IMG/VR virus record: IMGVR_UViG_3300030333_008421 | Reading direction: 5' to 3' (one strand) | Source of the DNA: an uncultured virus (IMG/VR IMGVR_UViG_3300030333_008421) | Lineage: Duplodnaviria > Heunggongvirae > Uroviricota > Caudoviricetes | Length of the DNA stretch: 64,000 bases | Shown here: positions 1-9,551 of the stretch, piece after piece | How the letters are laid out: every line of letters starts with the position of its first letter | Position numbering within the stretch: position 1 is the stretch's first letter | Made by a program: the position numbers and the translations under genes | The notes under the pieces: generated by a model | Databases searched by the model: none | What the model was told of the DNA's origin: nothing | The model's input: the letters and a program-made list of their open reading frames with translations, nothing else

Positions 1-44
1 AATCTTTAAACAGTAAAATATATCACCTAAACCTGCAGGTTGTT

Positions 45-557
45 TTATGTACGCTCTTCTATACATTTTTCAGCCATTGCCATAAAAGACCAGTTTAAGT
101 CTCTTTCGCTAACAAAAATATTGTCCAAATCATCTCTACTCCACAAATAGTTTTCAATAATTTCGCCATCAAGAACATGGATATGTTTTCTATTATTCCA
201 TGGTAACCAATAAGATTGATGTTTATGCGGTAAATACAAAAATAATGTACCTCCAATAGCTAAATGATCAATCCAATAATCTAAAGCATCCACCCAATTA
301 GGTAAATGTTCCAAACAATGACTACTATAAATGTAATCAACTCCCTTTTTAGGTAAGTTCATAGCATGCCATTCGTTATTATCTGCTTCATCTATCCCTT
401 GTGCTCCAGGGTATTTCCACTCTTCTTTACAATAACCTATATCGTAACCTTGACCTTTGCATACATGAAGAGCGAAAGGGATAGCAAACTGAGAAGCATT
501 TCCCATAGCATTATACTTTGGGTATCTTCTAAAATTATAATCAATTGTTTCTATCAT
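45..557 (-). CDS. Class I SAM-dependent methyltransferase-like protein (glycan-cluster type)
   Basis: GYDIG motif I-like; DYIYSSHCLEH...GGTLFLYLP typical of Methyltransf_11-like proteins; last visible gene of the GT operon. Confidence 0.7.
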   Translation of the reverse strand: MIETIDYNFRRYPKYNAMGNASQFAIPFALHVCKGQGYDIGYCKEEWKYPGAQGIDEADNNEWHAMNLPKKGVDYIYSSHCLEHLPNWVDALDYWIDHLAIGGTLFLYLPHKHQSYWLPWNNRKHIHVLDGEIIENYLWSRDDLDNIFVSERDLNWSFMAMAEKCIEERT

Positions 558-1342
558 AAGCCAATCCAGTTAGGGTCAATTAAATCATCGGTTGGTGGGC
601 CATCTTTACCAAACCATTTTTTAGGATAATAAATCGTTTCTTTTTCTTTACCTAAATAACCAGCCCATGCTGAAAAACTGCTATTTGCCATAATAAGAGA
701 ATCGCATTGAGATAAGATATATAAATCTTCAAGTTCATCTCTTCCATTAGCTAAAACATTATGTGAATCAAACTTAAATTCTCTTTTAACTGAATTAATA
801 TCGTCAGTTGTGTAAATAAATGCAGTAGTTTTTGGGTTAAAATTTTCTTTTGCTTTATTATAATAATCAGCTTTAACAATATTAAAAATATTAGGGTTTT
901 CAAAATAATCACCCCTTCTAATATGTACACCGACAATCTTATCAACACCTAAATGATTTCTCAAAGATTCAATTGCTCTGGTGCCTCTTTTAGTATTTGT
1001 AAAATTGAATAGCTTTCTAATTTCCTCTCTATCTACATCTTTAAAGTATTTCCAACTTTGAAAGTAACCATCATATACTACGTCGTGCTCTATTCCTAGA
1101 AATGGAAGCTCTTTGTATTTGTATGAAGGCTCTCTACAAGCAATATTGAAACTTTGATCTACGCTTTCGAAGTTTTTGTAAAAACTGTCCTTGTAAATCT
1201 TAGGGTGGTTACCCTGCATAGCACCAAATTCAAGTTTATAGTTCATGACGAACTTTAAATTATTTTTCTTTGCGTGAGCATACACAGCTGCAATTTGATA
1301 TAGCTGATTTCCAATGCCTCCTTTTAATTGTATAGTAATCAT
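554..1342 (-). CDS. GT11 alpha-1,2-fucosyltransferase-like
   Basis: GGIGNQLYQ, DGYFQSWKYF, VGVHIRRGDY, ANSSFSAWAGYL are hallmark GT11 motifs. Confidence 0.9.
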   Translation of the reverse strand: MITIQLKGGIGNQLYQIAAVYAHAKKNNLKFVMNYKLEFGAMQGNHPKIYKDSFYKNFESVDQSFNIACREPSYKYKELPFLGIEHDVVYDGYFQSWKYFKDVDREEIRKLFNFTNTKRGTRAIESLRNHLGVDKIVGVHIRRGDYFENPNIFNIVKADYYNKAKENFNPKTTAFIYTTDDINSVKREFKFDSHNVLANGRDELEDLYILSQCDSLIMANSSFSAWAGYLGKEKETIYYPKKWFGKDGPPTDDLIDPNWIGL

Positions 1343-2172
1343 TCGAATAAAAATTTGTATTGTTTATAAATCCAATCTTCTGGTACCCTAAACTCTTCTA
1401 CCAATTCAAAATTTTTGTCAATAGCATCTTTTCTTTTATTATAAAAATCTACAGAAAGATTGCTTAATATATCATTTAATTCATCAATAGATTCAAAAAA
1501 TATAATTCCTTCGGGGTCAAAAAATTTACTTACTGAATTTTTATCACCATAATATATAGGAATAGATTTTGTTGCGAAAGCATCAAGAAGTTTTTCAGTC
1601 CAATAACCTGGTAGTATGGCATTTTCAATTGTTATAGAAAAATAATATTCATTTAGACCGTCTTCTTTATTTTTAATAACGTTATTAGGGTACTTTCCAA
1701 AACAATCTAAGTTATGTGTATTTTTAAATCTATCAACAATCTGATGTCTTAATCTATGGCCAACAGTGAAAGCTTTATCAGATGCAAAAATGCTTACTAG
1801 TTTTGATTTATTTTCTATATTTTCGTAATTATGTATCCAACATCTACCGTGAGGGTAATAAAGATAATTTTGTCCTTTTGCTATTAAGTTATCATCAAAA
1901 GTAAGTACGAAATCGTAAAGTTTATTATTACGTTCAATCCATGAATACATATGAGGATGAATACTTCTTGGTTCTAACAACCAAGCAACTTTACGTTTTA
2001 CACCAGAAGCTTTTTCTACGTCTTGTAAACATAAATCAGTAATAAAGCAACTCTTACTTACTGGCTCATTACCGGTTACCCATTCAACATATTTGTTTGT
2101 AGCTAAATGACAACTACTTCCTTCAAAAGGGGTAAAATTTTCATCTCTTATGTTTACCTTAACCATGACCAA
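1339..2172 (-). CDS. GT10 alpha-1,3-fucosyltransferase-like
   Basis: YYFSITIEN...GYWTEKLLDAF..KSIPIYYG GT10 signature. Confidence 0.8.
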   Translation of the reverse strand: MVMVKVNIRDENFTPFEGSSCHLATNKYVEWVTGNEPVSKSCFITDLCLQDVEKASGVKRKVAWLLEPRSIHPHMYSWIERNNKLYDFVLTFDDNLIAKGQNYLYYPHGRCWIHNYENIENKSKLVSIFASDKAFTVGHRLRHQIVDRFKNTHNLDCFGKYPNNVIKNKEDGLNEYYFSITIENAILPGYWTEKLLDAFATKSIPIYYGDKNSVSKFFDPEGIIFFESIDELNDILSNLSVDFYNKRKDAIDKNFELVEEFRVPEDWIYKQYKFLFE

Positions 2173-3020
2173 CTATCGATATATTCAGACAAAGATGCTT
2201 TGTCCATACTTTCTATTTTATCAATTTCTCTTTTGTTTTCAAGATAAGACTTTTGATTATCTATATCTACCGTAACGGTATTTTTTGTATGAGGAAAATG
2301 GTACATTATATCAGACTTTTTACCGGCTTTAACGATAGGCTTTTCTAAAATTTTAATACGACTTATAATTTCACTATCTTCATATCCCCAACCTTTAAAG
2401 TTTTCGTTAAATCCTTTTATATCTAAAAATGATTCTTTTTTTCCTATAATACAGCCACCCATGCTATTATTACCGGTTAAAGTAAAAAATGGAAATTTAA
2501 CAAAATTACCAGACCATCTTACATCTTTTAATTTGTCGATTCTTTCTTTATAAGCATCATAGGTCATACTTTTTAAAGTAGGAAGGTGTGTGCATTTTGA
2601 AAAGAAATCTTTTCCTTCTTGATCTAAATAAAAACAGTAACCGTTATAAGGGATACCAAATTCAGCTTCCTTTCTCTGAATATTTTTCTTTACTCTAAAA
2701 ATTTGTTCAGGATCTAAAATTACGTCTATATCAATAAAACATATGAAAGGTCTTGTAGCATATTGTAACCCAATGTTATAAGAACGACATTTTCTAAAAG
2801 CTCCTTCATTATTTTCATAAATTATTTTATCTGATTCATCAATTGGTACGTAATTTGCTAATGCAGGTGTTATTGCATCTTCTACAAAAATAAAATGAGA
2901 ATTTTTAGACCAACCTCTAAAGTAATTATAAACCAAAAAAGCGTTTAAGCCTCTTTCGTGATTATCAATTCTACAAGCTATTACAAAATCTATATCTGAA
3001 AAGTCAATTAAAGTTTCCAT
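2154..3020 (-). CDS. GT-A glycosyltransferase with GT7-C (galactosyltransferase) domain
   Basis: FIDID DxD motif; GFNENFKGWGYED. Confidence 0.8.
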   Translation of the reverse strand: METLIDFSDIDFVIACRIDNHERGLNAFLVYNYFRGWSKNSHFIFVEDAITPALANYVPIDESDKIIYENNEGAFRKCRSYNIGLQYATRPFICFIDIDVILDPEQIFRVKKNIQRKEAEFGIPYNGYCFYLDQEGKDFFSKCTHLPTLKSMTYDAYKERIDKLKDVRWSGNFVKFPFFTLTGNNSMGGCIIGKKESFLDIKGFNENFKGWGYEDSEIISRIKILEKPIVKAGKKSDIMYHFPHTKNTVTVDIDNQKSYLENKREIDKIESMDKASLSEYIDSWSWLR

Positions 3021-3877
3021 GATAAACTATAATGAGTTAAATTTTTAAGAGAATTCGGTTCTTTAGATAAATCTTGTACATAGTTTAATATCTTTTCATT
3101 TTCTTTATAATGAGGTTGTTCTTCTTTTTTGGACCCAGTACCATCAAAATGATGTAAGTGGAATATAACCTTCCCAGCTCCTTCAATTCTACCTACATTA
3201 TAACCCATTTTACTTACCCTGAACGGTGCTTCGTCGTCTTCATAACCCCAACCTAAAAAATTAGGATTGTATCCGTTACATTTAATTAGATTATCTCTGC
3301 GACCCATAACGCAGCCACCTTTACTTGCGACATGACCCACTAATATACCATCATAAACATTATTAATAAGAGAGTATAGATCACGAAGAGATTTATCTCT
3401 TGAACCTGTATAATTTTTAAACTTATCTGGTATTACTAAATCATCTAAAGATAATGATTCACAAAATTTATCTTTTACTTCTTTTTCTGCGCATAAAAAT
3501 AAACCGTTATAAGGAAAAATAAAACCAGCTTTAGAATCTTTATTTAACAAATCTTTAGTTTCATTTAATTGATTAGGGTTAATTATAATATCGGTATCTA
3601 AAAAGGTTAAAATATTAGATTTAGCAATTTTTATTGCTTTATTAAACCCTTCACCTTTACGCCATTCGGTATCACTTTTGGTAAAAATAGAAACATCATT
3701 TTTATCTAAATCGATAACGTCATGAATTTTACACTCGCTATCATCTTCGATAAAAATGTGGGTATAATTTTCACAAGTATTTTTATAAAAATTATACATT
3801 GCTTTAAGGTTAGCTCTTCTTTCGTCGTTATCTAATCTTACAAAAGTTAAAAAATTATTAGTACAAAGATCAATCAT
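3008..3877 (-). CDS. GT-A glycosyltransferase with GT7-C domain (paralogue of neighbour)
   Basis: FLDTD; PYNG; GYNPNFLGWGYED. Confidence 0.8.
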   Translation of the reverse strand: MIDLCTNNFLTFVRLDNDERRANLKAMYNFYKNTCENYTHIFIEDDSECKIHDVIDLDKNDVSIFTKSDTEWRKGEGFNKAIKIAKSNILTFLDTDIIINPNQLNETKDLLNKDSKAGFIFPYNGLFLCAEKEVKDKFCESLSLDDLVIPDKFKNYTGSRDKSLRDLYSLINNVYDGILVGHVASKGGCVMGRRDNLIKCNGYNPNFLGWGYEDDEAPFRVSKMGYNVGRIEGAGKVIFHLHHFDGTGSKKEEQPHYKENEKILNYVQDLSKEPNSLKNLTHYSLSWKL

Positions 3878-4820
3878 TATTCGTTGTTATAGTTTTAAGA
3901 ATAGAAGATACATCATCAAAGGATAAATCAGGTACAGGTTTATCAAATGCAGGTTTGTAACCGTGTTTAAGTTCAAAATATTCTACTGCTTTCCAAATGT
4001 TAGCTTCCCAATCAGCTCTACCTCTAATAGTACTATTATCTTCACTACAAGCAAGTTCATCAAGATAATCATAACTATCAGCTAAATCAGCCCACCACCA
4101 GTAAGGTGTTGAAAGGCTCTCTTTAGCAAGCATAAAAGAATGATCTACATGTTCGAAAGCATTATGGTAATTAGTATCCATTAAACCAACTTTATCAAAA
4201 CATGATCTATGGTAATATGTAAATGCACCTACGCAATGTCTGTTCAATGCAATTTGCACGTTACCATAGTCTACTATCTTTCTAGGATTAGGTTTACCAT
4301 TACGTTTATTAGCCGGTCCGTGATAACCATACATGAGATGTTTAATACCCGTAAGTTTACTTGCATTAATATATGCATCGAATACATTAGGGTTTTTAAT
4401 TATAATATCATCTTCAATTAAAAAGAAATGTTCTACTTCTTGTTTATCTCCTGGCCAATGAGCTAACTCCACAGACCCACCTGGCTTAAGCAAAGCTTTA
4501 ATAGCCATATTTTTCGCATAACCAACTGATTTTCGCCCACCAGTATAATGATAACCACCTATTAATTGATTTTTAGAAAATATTTGTCTTCGAGGACCGT
4601 GATCAGATTTGTCTTCAAAATCAGGACTATCCCCGTCATTAATTAATACAATTCTATGAAATTTATTTCTAGGTAATGAGTTTAAACACTTCTTTAGGAA
4701 CTCTTCTCTGTTGCATGTAATTATACCGACCCCAATGGTATCGGTTAAAGAAGGTGGCTTCCAAGAAGGTGTATTTTTAATAGTATCCCAATACCTTTGA
4801 TTAGCAGACGAAATAGCCAT
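3870..4820 (-). CDS. GT2-family glycosyltransferase
   Basis: GIITCNR...CLNSL, INDG, FLIEDD, VGLMD..Y.NAFEHVD. Confidence 0.8.
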   Translation of the reverse strand: MAISSANQRYWDTIKNTPSWKPPSLTDTIGVGIITCNREEFLKKCLNSLPRNKFHRIVLINDGDSPDFEDKSDHGPRRQIFSKNQLIGGYHYTGGRKSVGYAKNMAIKALLKPGGSVELAHWPGDKQEVEHFFLIEDDIIIKNPNVFDAYINASKLTGIKHLMYGYHGPANKRNGKPNPRKIVDYGNVQIALNRHCVGAFTYYHRSCFDKVGLMDTNYHNAFEHVDHSFMLAKESLSTPYWWWADLADSYDYLDELACSEDNSTIRGRADWEANIWKAVEYFELKHGYKPAFDKPVPDLSFDDVSSILKTITTNND

Positions 4821-4852
4821 GGTACACTATTATTTTAGCATAAATAATTAAG

Positions 4853-5956
4853 ATGTCAAGCGGCAACACTAATTATATTACTTTAGATAGTATTGCAGAA
4901 ATACAAGATATTGTACCTAGCGATTTTTTGTTTACCATATCAAATGGTATTGTTTACAAATTAGACTTTCAAAATTTTGTAGTTTCTTTAGACAATACGG
5001 ATTTTGCAAATACAATTGAATCTTTATCTGCTACTGCGGTTACTCTATCTAGAGCTTTTAGTGCTGTTAACAGTAGAATAAACTCTCTTTCTGGATATGA
5101 ATCTGTAGAAAGTCTTTTTGCTGAATCATCTGCTAGTTGGGATAGCACCACAGCTACTGTTGAAAGTTTAAGTTCAACATGTTGGCTACCTCAAAGTAAT
5201 GAATCTAAACCAATTCGCCCAGGAGCCATTCCATTTTATAACCCTACTAGCCCGTTTAGTTCTAAATGGGATATATTAAACCCAGGTGGTGTAGGAGATA
5301 CTATTATAGTCAATAATAGAGGTTTACCTAAATTTAGTGCAGCGGCTGGAGGGCAGTCACTAGTAGGTGGTCCTCAATACTTAGATCTTTCGGGGGTTAT
5401 GAAAATAACGACTAGACAAAAAAGTGGTGGTAGACAAGACGATTGGCAATGGGTTATAGGTGAAGGAGCTGAAGCTGGTAAAAACGCATATGAATACCCA
5501 GGTTATTCTAGAAATAGTAGTGCTTTTACATATGTTAAATATGCAACTTTAGATATTTTAAGTTTAAATACAGGTACAAAATACAATAATATACTGTTAA
5601 ATTATGATTTGATACCTACAGGTACATGGGCAGGTGCATCAGATTTTATAAGCTATCAATTACAAGTTCAAGTACAAAAAGGTAATGATGCTCCTGTAAC
5701 GTTCGATAAAAGAGATGGTAGTATTATTGAGATAGGTTCTAATTTGGATGAAAATAATAACCCGGTACCGATAAATGTAGTTTTAAGATACAAGGTAGCA
5801 ATGCCAACATTCTATTTCAGAAATAATGTACGTAGTCAGTACGGTATTAGGATGAGAACTAGAAATAACGTTAAGACTTTTACAGGTCCTTGGCCTGGTG
5901 AAAGTAATTTAAGATTATCGTATAATATTACTGGAACAGAAGTTGAAACTCAATAA
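4853..5956 (+). CDS. Probable virion structural (tail/fibre-like) protein
   Basis: Ser/Thr-rich N-half (LSATAVTLS, SSASWDSTT), Gly-rich linker, beta-rich C-domain; late TAAATA 6 nt upstream. Confidence 0.45.
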   Translation: MSSGNTNYITLDSIAEIQDIVPSDFLFTISNGIVYKLDFQNFVVSLDNTDFANTIESLSATAVTLSRAFSAVNSRINSLSGYESVESLFAESSASWDSTTATVESLSSTCWLPQSNESKPIRPGAIPFYNPTSPFSSKWDILNPGGVGDTIIVNNRGLPKFSAAAGGQSLVGGPQYLDLSGVMKITTRQKSGGRQDDWQWVIGEGAEAGKNAYEYPGYSRNSSAFTYVKYATLDILSLNTGTKYNNILLNYDLIPTGTWAGASDFISYQLQVQVQKGNDAPVTFDKRDGSIIEIGSNLDENNNPVPINVVLRYKVAMPTFYFRNNVRSQYGIRMRTRNNVKTFTGPWPGESNLRLSYNITGTEVETQ

Positions 5957-6702
5957 CGTTTAGACTTTTGAATCTTATCATAAAGATTCTGTTGCATTTG
6001 TTTTTCTTTCATCATCTGCATTTCTTGTTCTGCAAGTAGTTGTTCCATATCTCCAACTTGATTAGGATCAAGAATAGACGATTCATTATCGCCTAACATA
6101 TCACCTTCAGCATCAATATACTGTCTAATAAGATGTATACGTTCTTTAGGATTACCAAATACCTCCACAATAGCAGGGCAATCATCGGTAGGTAAAAACG
6201 GGGATGCTTTTAGGTTATTAAAATATTGTTGTTCAATTCCTTTGAATAGATGATCTATTTCTTTGATATGATTTTTATTTGTTGTTCTTGTCCCATCGTC
6301 AACAATTTCCACTGGAGCTACTTTAGTAATTGGTGTGAAGAAAATAACATCAATAAATTTTAAACTTTCACGAACTACAGGTATGCATTTCTTTACGAAA
6401 GATTCATCAACGTCATTAATAGACTTTTCATAAGCCCAAAGAGTATATACCAGAGTATCAAGAGGGCACCTATCGAATATAACTTTGTCGCCTTTTTCAT
6501 ATTCCATTACTGAATCTACAACATGATTCAAAATTTTCCATTGCGAGTCTGTATTAGTGTTATCACTATGAGGTAAATTTTCTTCTTTAATAAAATCTCT
6601 GTAAGAAGACTTTGGTGTGGTATACATAGGCCACTCTTTTAAAAAGTCTTTAATTAAAGTGGACTTACCTTGACAAGCTGAACCTGAGACTGCAATACGC
6701 AT
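5950..6702 (-). CDS. P-loop NMP/deoxynucleoside kinase-like ATPase (AAA_28/NadR-C type)
   Basis: GSACQGKST Walker A, IFDR motif, DDGTR; in operon with thyX. Confidence 0.7.
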   Translation of the reverse strand: MRIAVSGSACQGKSTLIKDFLKEWPMYTTPKSSYRDFIKEENLPHSDNTNTDSQWKILNHVVDSVMEYEKGDKVIFDRCPLDTLVYTLWAYEKSINDVDESFVKKCIPVVRESLKFIDVIFFTPITKVAPVEIVDDGTRTTNKNHIKEIDHLFKGIEQQYFNNLKASPFLPTDDCPAIVEVFGNPKERIHLIRQYIDAEGDMLGDNESSILDPNQVGDMEQLLAEQEMQMMKEKQMQQNLYDKIQKSKRY

Positions 6703-6717
6703 AATAAAATTTATTAA

Positions 6718-7065
6718 TTATCTAGGATATTCCATTCTATCATCTAGATCAGTATTTTTGTTTTCTTCAAAATGCATCATAGAAAGAATATTCCATGCTG
6801 CGGCTGCTAAATGATCTTCGCTCGTATCACCTTCCCAAAACTCCATCATATGTCTTTGAGCGCTATCATATAGAACTGAAAACGGTTGCCCTTTCACCCA
6901 ATTATTTTCTCCATAAGTTTCAGCTCCGTCTAGATATCGTTTCATTACTCTCTTAAGAGGTTTTTGAGGTATAAGACTCATACGTAATTTACCAGTCCTG
7001 TCATCTCGTTGAGAACCGGTTTCAAATTGAGTATTTTTATCAGATTGTTTATTCATCCCATTCAA
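6718..7065 (-). CDS. dATP/dGTP diphosphohydrolase N-terminal-domain protein (former DUF5664)
   Basis: FETGSQRD...GK.RMSLIP, GAETYGENNWVKG, RH...GD..EDHLAAAAWN; true start may be the second Met. Confidence 0.75.
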   Translation of the reverse strand: MNGMNKQSDKNTQFETGSQRDDRTGKLRMSLIPQKPLKRVMKRYLDGAETYGENNWVKGQPFSVLYDSAQRHMMEFWEGDTSEDHLAAAAWNILSMMHFEENKNTDLDDRMEYPR

Positions 7066-7690
7066 GAGCTTCAGCTACGGTTGGTAAGTTAGCAATAAGA
7101 ATATTTTTACATTCTTCCGCAATTAATCTATGTTCTTTTTGAGTATTTTGTTCAGTTCGTAAATCAATATAATGCACCCAAGATCTAATAGAACCTTTCA
7201 TGTACATTGTGGTTTGAGTAGCTAACGGTAGAACCATTCTAGCTTGCTCTTTAGCAACTCCTTGCGTTATTAGCTTTTCATAAGTCATTAATGCAGTATC
7301 AATGCTATGCTTAACTACATTGTTAATTACCGGTTCGTCAATAACGTCTTCGCTGCTTTGTCTGTTGCTCTCCGCTTGTTTTCTAAGTTCGATAGGTTCT
7401 ATATCAGTTGCTTGACTGTAACGTTGAGAGAACTCTTGGAATGAAAAACTTCTATGTCGTAAAATTTGTGCTGCTATAGCTCTTGATGTTTTGATCTCAA
7501 CAGTCATATCGACCATTTCAAAAGGAGACCAATGTTTATGCTTGATTAGGAATTTAAGAAGACGAGGAGCTGTTTGTTTGTTATCTTGATTGCTTGGATT
7601 GGATACTCTAGCACAATATGCAATTAATTCTTCAGCGCTACCGGAGGATAAAATATTAGGTTCTGTTATCGATATCAACTTAACTTCCAT
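7049..7690 (-). CDS. thyX: Flavin-dependent thymidylate synthase
   Basis: HWSPFE, QILRHRSFSFQEFSQRY ThyX motif, ARMVLP, TQKEHR. Confidence 0.97.
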   Translation of the reverse strand: MEVKLISITEPNILSSGSAEELIAYCARVSNPSNQDNKQTAPRLLKFLIKHKHWSPFEMVDMTVEIKTSRAIAAQILRHRSFSFQEFSQRYSQATDIEPIELRKQAESNRQSSEDVIDEPVINNVVKHSIDTALMTYEKLITQGVAKEQARMVLPLATQTTMYMKGSIRSWVHYIDLRTEQNTQKEHRLIAEECKNILIANLPTVAEALEWDE

Positions 7691-7698
7691 ATATCACA

Positions 7699-7726
7699 AT
7701 TATAAGGAAGTTCTCTAAAATATCAA
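7699..7726 (-). promoter_or_regulatory. Early sigma70-type promoter TTGATA-N16-TATAAT, 8 nt before thyX ATG
   Basis: Read on the reverse complement. Confidence 0.7.
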
Positions 7727-8292
7727 CGAATAAATTTAGCTATTGCTGGATACAACATACCGTATCTTTTTAAAAGTCTTAAAAGGTGTCTGCTAAATTT
7801 ATTGCTTGTTGCTACCCAACTACCTGCATTTTTTTCAGAATACCCTCTTTGATTTCTATACTCTACATATTTGTCCATAACCTGGTTTGCATAATGACCT
7901 ATATTGGAAAATCGTTTATCTCCGAACCTACTGTCTTTAATTTTACCATCTTCTATTTTAACGTCTGGGAATCTGTGAATATTGTTTGTTAACTCTTTTA
8001 AAGCTTTATTTTGATAAGTTCCCATGTTATTAATATTTTTATCTCTCCAATTAGAAAAAACTTTATTCCTATCAACTATACTTTTTGTACCACCTTCGTC
8101 AGTTTGACTTCGTTCAAATGGAGCTTTACCTTGTCCTATGTCTCTTAATTTACCTACGCCTTTAGTAAATCGATCACCCATATTATAAGCTGTTTTTAAA
8201 TTTTTGGGTAAATTTAATGGGTTAAGAATACGACCAACTCTTATATCTTTAAGTCGTTCTAACACCATAAATTTTTTAAAATTTACTTTCAT
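7723..8292 (-). CDS. Basic hypothetical protein with capsid-targeting-like leader
   Basis: MKVNFKKFMVLE N-terminus; coupled to upstream late gene. Confidence 0.55.
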   Translation of the reverse strand: MKVNFKKFMVLERLKDIRVGRILNPLNLPKNLKTAYNMGDRFTKGVGKLRDIGQGKAPFERSQTDEGGTKSIVDRNKVFSNWRDKNINNMGTYQNKALKELTNNIHRFPDVKIEDGKIKDSRFGDKRFSNIGHYANQVMDKYVEYRNQRGYSEKNAGSWVATSNKFSRHLLRLLKRYGMLYPAIAKFIR

Positions 8293-8903
8293 GCTTCAGG
8301 CTTTTTCTTTCCTTTAAAATAATTAGCAAAACTTTTAATACCTCTACCTAATTTTTGCATAGGTGCTGGTTTATATTTGTTTATATAATCGTTGTAAACG
8401 TCTACCCCTCTTCCAGCTTTACCTCTATACATACCAAACGCAGTTACAGGTATACGTGCTTTTTTAAGAAGATCATACATTTGAGCATCATCTATACCGT
8501 AACGGTTATTTAAATCTTGATAAGATTGCTCACCTTTTAAAAATTCGGTAGCATATAATCGAGATGCATTTTTCGCATCTGATGCAGCTTTACTGCGTTT
8601 ATCAAAATAATCTTTCCCAACTTTATACCCACCATATAACCTGCCTGCTTGTCTTATACCTGCTAAAGCTGCTTTTTTTGCTTTATCGCCTATACCTGGT
8701 TCTTTTGCATCTACATCTATTACGTCACCAAAACTAAAGCTTTTATCTGCAGGCGTCTCTTCTGGTGCTTCGGGGTTACCAAAAGGGTCAAGTTTTTTAT
8801 ATACTGGTTTATAATCTTTTCTAGGCCCGAAACCCTTTCGCATCATTTTACCTTCATTGATTACTTCATATTTTTCAGCTAATATGTTTGAATCTTTATT
8901 CAC
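8289..8903 (-). CDS. Basic hypothetical late protein with capsid-targeting-like leader
   Basis: MNKDSNILAEKYEVINE; TAAATA-N5-GTG. Confidence 0.55.
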   Translation of the reverse strand: MNKDSNILAEKYEVINEGKMMRKGFGPRKDYKPVYKKLDPFGNPEAPEETPADKSFSFGDVIDVDAKEPGIGDKAKKAALAGIRQAGRLYGGYKVGKDYFDKRSKAASDAKNASRLYATEFLKGEQSYQDLNNRYGIDDAQMYDLLKKARIPVTAFGMYRGKAGRGVDVYNDYINKYKPAPMQKLGRGIKSFANYFKGKKKPEA

Positions 8904-8915
8904 AATAGTATTTAA

Positions 8916-9551
8916 TCAATTAGCAATGAATAAACTGTTACAAAAGTCCCAGTTAACTACCTTAAAATAACGATCCATAAACTCTTTGTTAAAAGGACCG
9001 TCATCTAAGTAATATGCATGTTCCCACATATCATTACCAAAAACAGGTTGCCCTTGTCCATTCATTATAGGGTTATCTTGATTAGGTGTGGTCATTACTT
9101 CAAGTTTATCTTTACTTTTAACTAACCAAACCCAACCACTACCATATATGGAAGTACCTTTATCAACAAATTCTTTTCTAAAATTACTAAATGAACCAAA
9201 AGTAGATTTTATTGCTTTACCTAACTCCATTTTTGTAGTTAAATTTGAACCACCGGGGGTCATAAACTTCCAATACATTGAATGATTATAATAACCACCT
9301 GCATTATGGTTAACTTTAGCATCATACTTTTTAATATTTTTTAAAAGTTCATGAATAGGTGGTTTAGGTCTGTTGCCAAGTGCTTCATTTAAATTTTTAG
9401 TAAAATTACGATAATGAACATCGTAATGAAATTTCATAGTCTGTTTACTAATATGGGGTTCCAAATCTTTAAATGCGTAACCAAGTTTGTCCATATAATA
9501 TTTGGACGTATTTGCTTCTACTATTAAATCTGCGTATTTTTCAAAATTCAT
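8916..9551 (-). CDS. sodA: Mn/Fe superoxide dismutase (Mn-type signature) with extra N-terminal leader
   Basis: LEPHIS...H, NH..YW, GSGWVWL, TPNQDNP, DMWEHAYY; leader MNFEKYADLIVE. Confidence 0.93.
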   Translation of the reverse strand: MNFEKYADLIVEANTSKYYMDKLGYAFKDLEPHISKQTMKFHYDVHYRNFTKNLNEALGNRPKPPIHELLKNIKKYDAKVNHNAGGYYNHSMYWKFMTPGGSNLTTKMELGKAIKSTFGSFSNFRKEFVDKGTSIYGSGWVWLVKSKDKLEVMTTPNQDNPIMNGQGQPVFGNDMWEHAYYLDDGPFNKEFMDRYFKVVNWDFCNSLFIAN

